Shown here in pieces: positions 47,569-55,856 of a stretch of 64,000 nt of DNA. This stretch comes from a virus, in IMG/VR virus record IMGVR_UViG_3300032323_002779, positions 9,241 to 73,240 of that record. The stretch is one strand, 5' to 3'. Within the stretch, counting starts at the first letter, position 1. Every line of letters begins with the position of its first letter. The notes beneath the pieces were generated by a model. It did not search any database. It saw only the letters and a list, made by a program, of their open reading frames with translations, and was not told the origin of the DNA. The translations under genes were made by a program, and so were the position numbers.

Positions 47569-48291
47569 ATGGCTAATAAACCTATTAATGTAAATAAAGC
47601 GATGACCGTTGTTTACTTCAATAATCTAATTCTTGGAGAATTAAGAAAAAACGGGATTGAAAGTTGGATTGCGGGTGGTGTTTTAAGGGATTACTTCTTG
47701 GATAAGCCCTTAAAATCTGATTGCGATATTTTCTTTCCTAACATTGAAGAGTTCAACAAAGCAAAAGCATATTTAACGTCAAAAGGAGCAAAAATAATTT
47801 GGGAAAGTGAAAACGGAATGAAAGTTACCTACAAGGGCAATACTTTTGATTTAGTTAAAATCTTTGCGCCAAATCCTTTGGCTACTATTGGTCGTTTTGA
47901 TTTTACGATTTCAATGTTGGCTACTGACGGAAAACAAGTTTTTTACGGAAATAATACCCTAAAAGACTTACAAGATAGAAAATTGGTAATCAATACTATT
48001 GTGAATCCATTAAGCACTCTTAAAAGAGTATTGAAGCACTATAAGAAAGGGTTCACTATGTCTGCGGAGGAAACCAAAAAACTATATGAGGCTTTAAATA
48101 GTATGCCTTATAACGATACTGACGATATGCTCAATGCAAGAGGGGTTTCAGGGGATAATTTTAGACCAACGGTTGTGGCAACGCAACCTGCGCCTGTGGC
48201 TAAACCTGATTATTTGAAGTACGCTATGATTGGCGTACTTGCGCTTTTGGTTGGGTATGTTGCTTATAAAAAATTTAATAAACCACAGTAA
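47569..48291 (+). CDS. Class II nucleotidyltransferase (CCA/poly(A) polymerase head domain) with C-terminal TM
   Basis: WIAGGVLRD, DCDIF and RFDFTI motifs; tail anchor. Confidence 0.75.
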   Translation: MANKPINVNKAMTVVYFNNLILGELRKNGIESWIAGGVLRDYFLDKPLKSDCDIFFPNIEEFNKAKAYLTSKGAKIIWESENGMKVTYKGNTFDLVKIFAPNPLATIGRFDFTISMLATDGKQVFYGNNTLKDLQDRKLVINTIVNPLSTLKRVLKHYKKGFTMSAEETKKLYEALNSMPYNDTDDMLNARGVSGDNFRPTVVATQPAPVAKPDYLKYAMIGVLALLVGYVAYKKFNKPQ

Positions 48292-48293
48292 TT

Positions 48294-48815
48294 ATGGGAA
48301 GTTTCGGAGGAGTAAAAATTGATGCGCAAAATTTCAATGAAACTGTTGCTTTGGCTCAAGAAAAAGCACTATTTCAGCAACAATTAATTGACCAAAATAG
48401 AGTGAATACTTTAGCACAGTCTTTACAAGATTATCGTGTTAATTTATTGAATTCTACATTTCCTGACGGGCAATATTATATCACGTCTGATTTCAATTCA
48501 ACTTTAGTTCAGTTTCAGGGAGGTAAATATAGCGCAAATGAAATAATCGCAGTTATGCCTGTTGTAAGGCAATTTAAAAGAGGCGAATTAGTTACCGTCA
48601 TTACAACGCCTACTAATATGGTAGGAGGCGTAGCAAAGGCAATTCAAACTGATTCAGGTAACTTTTATGCAGACCAAAACAGACTTTCTAAAACAAAGCC
48701 TGTTGACCCTGTAACGACTGAATCTTTAAGTGAAACGAGAGCGAAAAACGTAAATAAAACAACGGTAATGATTATAGGGGCTTTTATATTAGGGTTCTTG
48801 TTGAGTAATGATTAA
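48294..48815 (+). CDS. Tail-anchored protein with FKRG/SH3-like module
   Basis: FKRGELV; C-terminal TM. Confidence 0.7.
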   Translation: MGSFGGVKIDAQNFNETVALAQEKALFQQQLIDQNRVNTLAQSLQDYRVNLLNSTFPDGQYYITSDFNSTLVQFQGGKYSANEIIAVMPVVRQFKRGELVTVITTPTNMVGGVAKAIQTDSGNFYADQNRLSKTKPVDPVTTESLSETRAKNVNKTTVMIIGAFILGFLLSND

Positions 48816-48837
48816 AGTTTAATAAATAGAATTTAAA

Positions 48838-49278
48838 ATGGGGTTTTTTCGAGATTTGAGTTTTAATAACATAGAAGATTTTATTAAAGGTAATGTAAAA
48901 TCTGCCGTGAAAGATAGCGCACATTTAGTACAACAGTACATTAACAACCCTATAACAAGTGCTATTGCGCCAACTGCTTTATCTGCTTTTGGAGTGCCAC
49001 CTGAAGCCTACAATGTTGTAAAGAATTTACAAAACAAAGGATTAAATAGTCTTCAGGGGATAAAAGAAGCGGTTGCGGGTACTGAATACAGTCAAGAAAT
49101 TCAAGGCTTGAACGAAGTGCAGTTTCAGGCAATGTTAAGAATGATTGAAGAAGAAAAAAGACAGGAAGAAGAGAAAAAGAAAAAGGAGAATAGAAAGAAA
49201 CTATACATAGTGCTTGGTGGTGTATTTTTAATAGTGGCTACGTCTTTTGTGACATACAAAATATTAAAGAAAAAATAA
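48838..49278 (+). CDS. Tail-anchored protein
   Basis: C-terminal TM plus KKK. Confidence 0.75.
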   Translation: MGFFRDLSFNNIEDFIKGNVKSAVKDSAHLVQQYINNPITSAIAPTALSAFGVPPEAYNVVKNLQNKGLNSLQGIKEAVAGTEYSQEIQGLNEVQFQAMLRMIEEEKRQEEEKKKKENRKKLYIVLGGVFLIVATSFVTYKILKKK

Positions 49279-49284
49279 AAAAAT

Positions 49285-49587
49285 ATGAAAGGAAATAAAA
49301 TTTTAATTGCAGGTTTGGTTTTGGCGGGAGTTGGAACTGCTTTGTTTTTCGTTTTGAAAAAATCAAAAGAAAAGTCAAAAAAAGAATTTATACTTTTGAC
49401 TTTTGAAGAAAAAGGTGTAAATGATGACGAGTATAGCAACATAAGTTATGCTTTGGACAAAATGAGTTCAGAAGAATTAGGGGTTGTTTATGAATTTATG
49501 GTGTTTATTTCAAACGAGGAAAGTGCGCCTCAAAGTTTACAGAACAAAGCGTCAAGAATTTTCGATAGGTACTATTTTCCAAAATAA
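49285..49587 (+). CDS. Signal-anchored protein
   Basis: N-terminal TM plus KK. Confidence 0.75.
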   Translation: MKGNKILIAGLVLAGVGTALFFVLKKSKEKSKKEFILLTFEEKGVNDDEYSNISYALDKMSSEELGVVYEFMVFISNEESAPQSLQNKASRIFDRYYFPK

Positions 49588-49589
49588 TT

Positions 49590-49880
49590 ATGACTAATAC
49601 TAAAAAAGTGTTTTATGTTTTAGGAGGGGCTATTGCTATAACAGGCATAGTCTTGTTTTTGATACCGCCCAAAGCAAAAGTAGTAATAAGAAAGGACGGT
49701 ACAGGAACGGCTTCGTTAGGGGGTTCTACAAAAGAGTTCTCAATGGATAAAGGAGTTGACATTACAACTTTCAATGGGTATGAATTACACGTTTTTGGAG
49801 AGGATATTTGGTTAAGAAAATGGGGTAGAGATGTAAAAAATGCAGACGGTAGCCCTAAAGTAGAAATTGTAGCAGTATAA
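49590..49880 (+). CDS. Signal-anchored beta-rich protein (resembles 54443)
   Basis: N-terminal TM then PKAKV. Confidence 0.7.
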   Translation: MTNTKKVFYVLGGAIAITGIVLFLIPPKAKVVIRKDGTGTASLGGSTKEFSMDKGVDITTFNGYELHVFGEDIWLRKWGRDVKNADGSPKVEIVAV

Positions 49881-49884
49881 AATT

Positions 49885-50217
49885 ATGAATTTAGACGCAA
49901 AACAAAAAAAGTTTTTAATTATTGGCGGAGCAGTTGTGTTAGGTGTTTACTTAATTAGTAAATGGCTTCATAGTTTGCCTAAACCGCTTCCTGCTGATTT
50001 ACAAGCGGAAGTTTTAGATAAAGAAAAAGTTCTTAAAAAAGGCTCTCAAGGTGCGGAGGTTTCCGAACTGCAAAGAGTTCTAAAAAAAGACTATAACGCT
50101 GATTTGGGAAAAACAGGCGTTAATCAAGACGGTATTGACGGCGATTTTGGATTGCTGACAGAAGTTGCTTTAAAAAGCGCAAAAGGTGTAACAGAAATAT
50201 CATTAAAAGATTTGTAA
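49885..50217 (+). CDS. Membrane-anchored peptidoglycan-binding (PG_binding_1) protein
   Basis: TM; LKKGSQGAEVSELQ..L..GIDGDFG..TE.AL. Confidence 0.82.
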   Translation: MNLDAKQKKFLIIGGAVVLGVYLISKWLHSLPKPLPADLQAEVLDKEKVLKKGSQGAEVSELQRVLKKDYNADLGKTGVNQDGIDGDFGLLTEVALKSAKGVTEISLKDL

Positions 50218-50218
50218 T

Positions 50219-50575
50219 ATGAATTCAAAAGACAAAAAAACCGCTATGATTGTTGGCGGAATAGTTTTAGGTTTAGGAGTATTTATTTACTTTTTATTCA
50301 AAAATAAACCATTAGGTGTTGAGGTTAATAAAATTAATCCTGAAGACATAAATCCTCAACCTCAAAATAATTTGGATATGAATTTAGTTTTAAAACAAGG
50401 TTCAGAGGGCGCAGAAGTTGCTGAAATGCAAAGAATCTTAATCGAGAAATACGGTCAGGATTTAGGTACTTTCGGAGAGAATAAAGACGGTATTGACGGA
50501 ATATTTGGGACAGTTACTTTGGCAGGTTTGGTCAAAGCAAAACAAGTTTCTGAAATCGCATTAAAAGATTTGTAA
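50219..50575 (+). CDS. Membrane-anchored peptidoglycan-binding protein (paralog)
   Basis: TM; LKQGSEGAEVAEMQ..GIDGIFG..T. Confidence 0.82.
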   Translation: MNSKDKKTAMIVGGIVLGLGVFIYFLFKNKPLGVEVNKINPEDINPQPQNNLDMNLVLKQGSEGAEVAEMQRILIEKYGQDLGTFGENKDGIDGIFGTVTLAGLVKAKQVSEIALKDL

Positions 50576-50576
50576 A

Positions 50577-50786
50577 ATGGGAAAAGGATATTACATAGTT
50601 GGAGCAGTATTGCTTGGGGTTGGGGTGTATTTCTTGTATAGCAAAATCAAGAAAGGAAACTTGGGTTTTAACTTGAGAAACGAGTATGTGGCAGAATCGG
50701 AAGAGGGTAGTCATTTAGAACCGCCTATGGAAACAACTTCTAACACTCCGCCAATCGCAACACCGCCTTTTGTGCCAACAGTTTAA
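50577..50786 (+). CDS. Small signal-anchored protein
   Basis: N-terminal TM, Pro-rich tail. Confidence 0.7.
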   Translation: MGKGYYIVGAVLLGVGVYFLYSKIKKGNLGFNLRNEYVAESEEGSHLEPPMETTSNTPPIATPPFVPTV

Positions 50787-50797
50787 AAAAAAACGAT

Positions 50798-51124
50798 ATG
50801 ACTAACAATCAAAAAGTAATTATAGTATCGGCAGGTCTAATAATTTTAGGACTGTACTTCTTTTATAAGCAAAAAAAACAAGGTGCTGAACCTGCAAAAC
50901 AAGATGCTAATTCCGAAACAAGTATGCAAACTGAAAAAGCGGATTGGGATAAGGTTTTGAAAAAAGGCTCAAAAGGAGTTGAAGTTGGAATACTTCAAAA
51001 AGCATTGAAAAAATTAGAAGTCGATAATGATTTTGGCGATTTAACTGAAGCAAGGCTTAAAGAAGTTATGAAAGTAACTCAAACGTCATTAAACGAATAT
51101 AATAAGTTCATCAACAAAAAATAA
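50798..51124 (+). CDS. Membrane-anchored peptidoglycan-binding protein (paralog)
   Basis: TM; LKKGSKGVEVGILQ.AL..VD.DFG..TE. Confidence 0.8.
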   Translation: MTNNQKVIIVSAGLIILGLYFFYKQKKQGAEPAKQDANSETSMQTEKADWDKVLKKGSKGVEVGILQKALKKLEVDNDFGDLTEARLKEVMKVTQTSLNEYNKFINKK

Positions 51125-51128
51125 TATT

Positions 51129-51674
51129 ATGAATAAGAACGTAGTAATAATAGGAAGTATCGCTTTGTTAGGGGTTGGTGCGTACTTTTATTTTAAGCCA
51201 AAAGCAAAAGGAGCAACAGGCGCAGGATTAACGGGAACAGGACTAACAGGTACAGGGCTAACAGGCGCAGGATTAACGGGTGCAGGACTAACAGGCGCAG
51301 GACTAACAGGAGTAGGGACAATAGGTACAGGAGCAACAGGCGTAGGCGGAGGCTCTGTAAGCGTCCCACCAACAGGAACGGTTTTGGCTTCTCCTGAACA
51401 AGTCGCAGATATTGCTAAAAAAATTGCTGAAGCCAAAAGTTTAGCGACTAAAATATCGGATTTGAGAACTAAAAGAAATTCTTATTTGGTAATAAGTTTG
51501 AAAGACTATGCGGTTGCTTCGGGTAATGAGTTTTGGAGTAATAATGAGCGTATGTTAAAAACCTTAAAGGCAAACGATATTGCTAAATTTGAAAAAGAAA
51601 TCAAAGATTTAGACGAGAAATTAGGTATGTTAGGGTATATGGAAGTTAATGGTTCTATAAGCAAAATCGTGTAA
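51129..51674 (+). CDS. Signal-anchored protein with (TG[AT]GL)n stalk and helical head
   Basis: 15-nt repeat at about 51217-51310; paralog of 51693. Confidence 0.8.
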   Translation: MNKNVVIIGSIALLGVGAYFYFKPKAKGATGAGLTGTGLTGTGLTGAGLTGAGLTGAGLTGVGTIGTGATGVGGGSVSVPPTGTVLASPEQVADIAKKIAEAKSLATKISDLRTKRNSYLVISLKDYAVASGNEFWSNNERMLKTLKANDIAKFEKEIKDLDEKLGMLGYMEVNGSISKIV

Positions 51675-51692
51675 TTGTAAATTTAAAAAATT

Positions 51693-52178
51693 ATGAATAA
51701 GACCGTAGTAATAATAGGAAGTATCGCTTTGTTAGGAGTTGGTGCGTATTTTTATTTTAAGCCAAAAGCAAAAGGAGCAACAGGCGCAGGAGCAACAGAC
51801 GCAGGAACAACAGGTACAGGCGGAATGGGCGCACTTACAGGAACAACGGGTGCAATTATGCCACCTGCGGGAACTGTTTTTACGACACCTGAACAAGTAG
51901 AAGCAATTACTGTAAAAGTTTCAAACGCAAGAGATTTGACTAAAACCATTTGCGATTTGAAAAAACAGTACAAGATAACTGAAGACGAAATGAATGACTT
52001 TATGAATTTCACAAGTGTAAGCAACGACCTTATAAAAAGCAATATGACTACTGCTCAATCTCTTGCTCAAACTGCACTTGCAAGAAAAAATGCGGTTAAG
52101 ACAGTTGCGGATAGCATCAATAAACTAAAAGAATTGGGTTATAAAGAAGTTGATTGCAAAATGGTGCAAATTGCGTAA
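51693..52178 (+). CDS. Paralog of 51129
   Basis: Near-identical first ~33 aa; PP.GTV...PEQV; LGY.EV. Confidence 0.8.
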   Translation: MNKTVVIIGSIALLGVGAYFYFKPKAKGATGAGATDAGTTGTGGMGALTGTTGAIMPPAGTVFTTPEQVEAITVKVSNARDLTKTICDLKKQYKITEDEMNDFMNFTSVSNDLIKSNMTTAQSLAQTALARKNAVKTVADSINKLKELGYKEVDCKMVQIA

Positions 52179-52212
52179 TTTTTAATAAATTCGTATTTTA
52201 AATAATAATAAT

Positions 52213-52677
52213 ATGGCAGTAATTAATTGGAATACCGTCCCTGATTATGACGAATGGGGTTATGATACTTGGTGGGATTGCGAAGATTGGATAATGTGGC
52301 ATAAAAGGTTGGTTGAACATTTTAATAAACCAACTGCTAATGACATTTGGAATTACGCCTTTGCAAAGTCAGGAAGTTTAAGCGGAAATCTTGATTGCCG
52401 TACATTCAATTCTTCTTTTAGAAAATACGTTAAGGAAAATGGTTTGTCGCCTTATGACGGAGCGGGGGTATTTACTCCTGTTTTACAAGGGTATGGAACT
52501 GCGAGTGATATTGTAATAGGAGGTCTTGACACGACTTCAAATGTTGCGTCAGGTTTATTTGGAACTGTTGATAGTGTTTTTGGTGGTAAAAATTTGAAAA
52601 GAACATTAACCATTGCTTTGGTAGTAGGCGGTATTATAGGTGTTGCTTACGTTTACAAAGCATTTAAAAAAACATAG
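52213..52677 (+). CDS. Trp-rich tail-anchored protein
   Basis: PDYDEWG..WW.C.DW..WH; C-terminal TM; paralog of 52679. Confidence 0.8.
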   Translation: MAVINWNTVPDYDEWGYDTWWDCEDWIMWHKRLVEHFNKPTANDIWNYAFAKSGSLSGNLDCRTFNSSFRKYVKENGLSPYDGAGVFTPVLQGYGTASDIVIGGLDTTSNVASGLFGTVDSVFGGKNLKRTLTIALVVGGIIGVAYVYKAFKKT

Positions 52678-52678
52678 T

Positions 52679-53125
52679 ATGGCGGTAATAAATTGGAACA
52701 CAGTTCCTAATTATGACGAATGGGGTTGGGACGACTATTGGAAATGTGATGATTGGGTAACTTGGCATCAAAAATTGACAGAGCATTTTGGAGAAAAAAC
52801 GGCGACAGAAATATGGAATTACGCTTTTGAAAAGTCATCTTCGTTAAGTAACGTTTATAATTGCAGTTCATTTGACGCTTCTTTTAGGGCTTATTATAAA
52901 AAGCATAATTTAAGAGTAAACGAAGATGTCGCTACTGAAATTTGGGGTACGGCAACCGACATTAGTTTAGGTGCGCTTGGCACTACTTCAAATGTTGCTT
53001 CAGGGTTGTTAGGAACTGTTGATAGCGTATTTGGAGGTAATAATCTTAAAAGAACAATAAATATAGTTCTTATAGTGGGTGGTATTATTGGTGTCGCCTA
53101 TGTTTATAAAGCGTTTAAAAAGTAA
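52679..53125 (+). CDS. Trp-rich tail-anchored protein (tandem paralog)
   Basis: ATG 52679 gives the same MAVINWNTVP start. Confidence 0.8.
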   Translation: MAVINWNTVPNYDEWGWDDYWKCDDWVTWHQKLTEHFGEKTATEIWNYAFEKSSSLSNVYNCSSFDASFRAYYKKHNLRVNEDVATEIWGTATDISLGALGTTSNVASGLLGTVDSVFGGNNLKRTINIVLIVGGIIGVAYVYKAFKK

Positions 53126-53130
53126 AAGTT

Positions 53131-53295
53131 ATGAAAAATAAAAAATTGATAATAATAGGTGCTACGTCTGTAATAGTTTTGGGAATACTTTACTTTGCTT
53201 TCAAAAAAGCAAACCAAAAAGACATTACAAATGACCCTCAACTTAAAGCAGATTTTGATTCTGTAATCAAAGCAATTGATAACGCTGAAAAATAA
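53131..53295 (+). CDS. Small membrane protein (54 aa, MKNKKLIIIG...), not in the ORF track
   Basis: N-terminal TM; fills the gap. Confidence 0.75.
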   Translation: MKNKKLIIIGATSVIVLGILYFAFKKANQKDITNDPQLKADFDSVIKAIDNAEK

Positions 53296-53301
53296 AAAAA
53301 A

Positions 53302-53856
53302 ATGAACGGAGATAAAAAATTATACTTGTATTCAGGATTGGCTATCGCTTTAGCGGTAGTTGCTTATGTTGTTATCACAAAGAAAAAGCCTTTGCCTACT
53401 ACTTCCGCTGAAGAAGCCTCAACCGAAGAACAAGATGACGTGGTTGTTACTCCAAGTGGAGATACTATTACGACTGAACAGGCTATTATAGACCCTGCTT
53501 TAAGCGAAATTTTAAAGTTGCCTCTTGCCGAAATAAAGTTGAAAATGTTGAATAAGAAACTTTATACAAAAGTTGACAACGTTAACCCAAGACAAACTCC
53601 TTATGTGAATAATGGTTGGTTTGTAAATAACGGTGTTGGTGGTAAAATAACTAAAAAAGGCACTTTTGCGGGTACGGTAACAGATGTTGCAAAAGACAAA
53701 GGCTCAATGAGTAATGCTCAAGGCAGAGTTTATATTTGGTTTAAAGTTAAACCGTCTGCTGAAGCCGTAAAGCAAATAAAAGACGATGCAAACATACTTG
53801 TCCCAACAAAAACTGATACTTTTTGGTTGAGAGAAGATGTTGTAGTAAAAAAATAA
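53302..53856 (+). CDS. Signal-anchored protein with SH3b-like C-terminal domain
   Basis: TM; VN.R.TP.V....G.I..KG...G.V...W..V...W.RED.V. Confidence 0.65.
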   Translation: MNGDKKLYLYSGLAIALAVVAYVVITKKKPLPTTSAEEASTEEQDDVVVTPSGDTITTEQAIIDPALSEILKLPLAEIKLKMLNKKLYTKVDNVNPRQTPYVNNGWFVNNGVGGKITKKGTFAGTVTDVAKDKGSMSNAQGRVYIWFKVKPSAEAVKQIKDDANILVPTKTDTFWLREDVVVKK

Positions 53857-53863
53857 AATTATT

Positions 53864-54295
53864 ATGAGAACAAATGATATGCGAACCACTATGTTGGTAG
53901 CGGATTATGACAATCAAATAATGCCTGTTGATGAAAACTCAACATACACAGGGGGTGGTTCAAATATTGTTGAGCCTGAAATTGTAATTCCTGTAAACAA
54001 TGAAATTGCAACTCCGATTGGCGCAGGTTCGGCAAGTGCTGAACAAGTAGAAATATTAACTCAACAAGCAGGAAATACTTCTCAATCAGGTACAAGTACG
54101 GTTGTAGAGCCTAATATAGATGCAGAGCCAAGCGCAACTACTGACGAAACAAAAACATACGTTGGCGGAGGGACTACTCCTGATTCAAATATCATAATAG
54201 ACAAACCAAAACGTAATTATCTTATGTATGGTCTTATTGGTGTTGTTGGGGCGTATGTTATTTACAAAGTGTTTTTCAATAAAAAAAGCCAATAA
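53864..54295 (+). CDS. Acidic low-complexity tail-anchored protein
   Basis: C-terminal TM; YTGGG and YVGGG. Confidence 0.75.
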   Translation: MRTNDMRTTMLVADYDNQIMPVDENSTYTGGGSNIVEPEIVIPVNNEIATPIGAGSASAEQVEILTQQAGNTSQSGTSTVVEPNIDAEPSATTDETKTYVGGGTTPDSNIIIDKPKRNYLMYGLIGVVGAYVIYKVFFNKKSQ

Positions 54296-54306
54296 AATAA
54301 AAGATT

Positions 54307-54441
54307 ATGAGTCAGAATAAAGAGGGTTTGCAAGGCACTCAAAACAAACAGGTTTCTTTTTTAGAGAGCCACCCAAAACTTATAATGACGGTTTTTATTG
54401 CAGTTGGTCTTTACATAGGGTATAAAAAATTTATGAAGTAA
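54307..54441 (+). CDS. Small tail-anchored protein (44 aa), not in the ORF track
   Basis: ...LIMTVFIAVGLYIGYKKFMK. Confidence 0.7.
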   Translation: MSQNKEGLQGTQNKQVSFLESHPKLIMTVFIAVGLYIGYKKFMK

Positions 54442-54442
54442 T

Positions 54443-54826
54443 ATGGTTATAAATCCAAACACATCTTTTCAAAACACATCTTTTCAAAAAGAAAGCAAAT
54501 TCATTTTGAAAGTAGTTGCGGTTGCAAGTGTTATTACTGCTTTGGCGGGAGGATATTACTTTTTTGTAAACAACGTTTGGAAACCAAAGGTTAAGGTTTT
54601 AAGTGTTGATTTTACGAATGGTTTCGCAACAGTAGAAATGCCCTTTGGAAGAAAAGTAGATATTTATGGAGATTCACAGTTTTTGATTGGGGGAGATTGG
54701 GGTGTGAAATTCGGTACTGTGAATAGAGGAGGTAAAACATCATACGAAAATCTACAACTTTTGAAAAAAGGTTTGGTAGAGGAGTATTTAGACACATCGA
54801 AGTTTATTAAGCAAAAAACGGCGTAA
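54443..54826 (+). CDS. Membrane protein with beta-rich ectodomain
   Basis: TM then WKPKVKV; NTSFQ duplicated. Confidence 0.75.
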   Translation: MVINPNTSFQNTSFQKESKFILKVVAVASVITALAGGYYFFVNNVWKPKVKVLSVDFTNGFATVEMPFGRKVDIYGDSQFLIGGDWGVKFGTVNRGGKTSYENLQLLKKGLVEEYLDTSKFIKQKTA

Positions 54827-54829
54827 CAG

Positions 54830-55198
54830 ATGCAATTATACAAAGCAAAATCAGACGGAGTTATTACTCGTAAAAGTAAAGACCCTACTGTTAAGTCAGG
54901 GGAGGAAGTTGCACGGATTATAAAAAAAGGCGAGTTGATTTTAGTTACAAACGTAGAGAGTTTGACTGATAAAAACTTGTCTTTTCCTTATAATAAGTAC
55001 ACCCTTTGGAATGGTAATTATGCCATTTCGGTTTCGCCTCCAATTTCAGAGCAAGAGGCGTATGTTAAAGCAAGTTTTGCAGATGTTCCCGAACACTTGT
55101 TTGTTCAAATACAAAAGCCAAAGGTTTACATAACTTTAGGGCTTTTATTAGTGGGTTTAGCAACATACTCAATCATTAAAGAACGACAAAATAGTTAA
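54830..55198 (+). CDS. Tail-anchored IKKG/SH3-like family protein
   Basis: IKKGELI; C-terminal TM. Confidence 0.7.
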   Translation: MQLYKAKSDGVITRKSKDPTVKSGEEVARIIKKGELILVTNVESLTDKNLSFPYNKYTLWNGNYAISVSPPISEQEAYVKASFADVPEHLFVQIQKPKVYITLGLLLVGLATYSIIKERQNS

Positions 55199-55200
55199 TT

Positions 55201-55419
55201 ATGAGTTATACAGATACAGGTATCGGAAGTAGTGGTAGAATTTATGATGTTGCAGAGGGTGGTCGATTACAAGATGCTTTAAGTCAGCAAGAGCAAATAT
55301 TTTTAGGAATAGAAAAAACTATTGGGAAAGATAAAAAAATTATTAGATACGCAATTATTGGCGTTGGAAGTGTTTTGATATTAGGGTTGTTAATGATTGC
55401 GGTAAGGAAGAAAAAATAA
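55201..55419 (+). CDS. Small tail-anchored protein
   Basis: C-terminal TM plus RKKK. Confidence 0.75.
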   Translation: MSYTDTGIGSSGRIYDVAEGGRLQDALSQQEQIFLGIEKTIGKDKKIIRYAIIGVGSVLILGLLMIAVRKKK

Positions 55420-55424
55420 TCGGT

Positions 55425-55850
55425 ATGAAAAAAGAAAGTATAGGTGCGGTTGTTATGTTAGTAGGCATTGGTATAATTGGCTTCATTTGGTTTAAAAGAA
55501 ACAAGCCAACTATTGCTGACAAGCAATTGGCTGATTTACAAGCGCAGTCTAATGCTTTAAACACGGGTAGTGTTGAAAGTATTGACAAGCCATTTGAATA
55601 CAGTCAGGAAGTTATTAATAACGCAGGAAGCAATCCATACACTACTTCTACCGTAGGCAATATGTATTCAAATTTAACACCTGCTGAAGTTCAGGCTTTG
55701 TCAGTTGCGGTTAACGAGGCTTGTCCGAGTTGCGCAAGTCTTGGAAATCTTGGAGCAGGTCAGATAGCATTAAATATTGAAAACTCAAGTTTAAATCAGT
55801 TAAGCAATTATGATTTTTCTAATATTAATTGGTCTAACATAAAAATATAG
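55425..55850 (+). CDS. Signal-anchored protein; paralog of 56977
   Basis: RNKPT.ADKQLADL.AQSN.L..G...IDKPFEYSQ shared. Confidence 0.8.
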   Translation: MKKESIGAVVMLVGIGIIGFIWFKRNKPTIADKQLADLQAQSNALNTGSVESIDKPFEYSQEVINNAGSNPYTTSTVGNMYSNLTPAEVQALSVAVNEACPSCASLGNLGAGQIALNIENSSLNQLSNYDFSNINWSNIKI

Positions 55851-55856
55851 TGATTA

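Noticed and set aside
48199-48222. KPDYLKY in the nucleotidyltransferase as a fourth PDYL tag
   Set aside because: Only PDYL[K] matches, it is not C-terminal, and it simply precedes the TM
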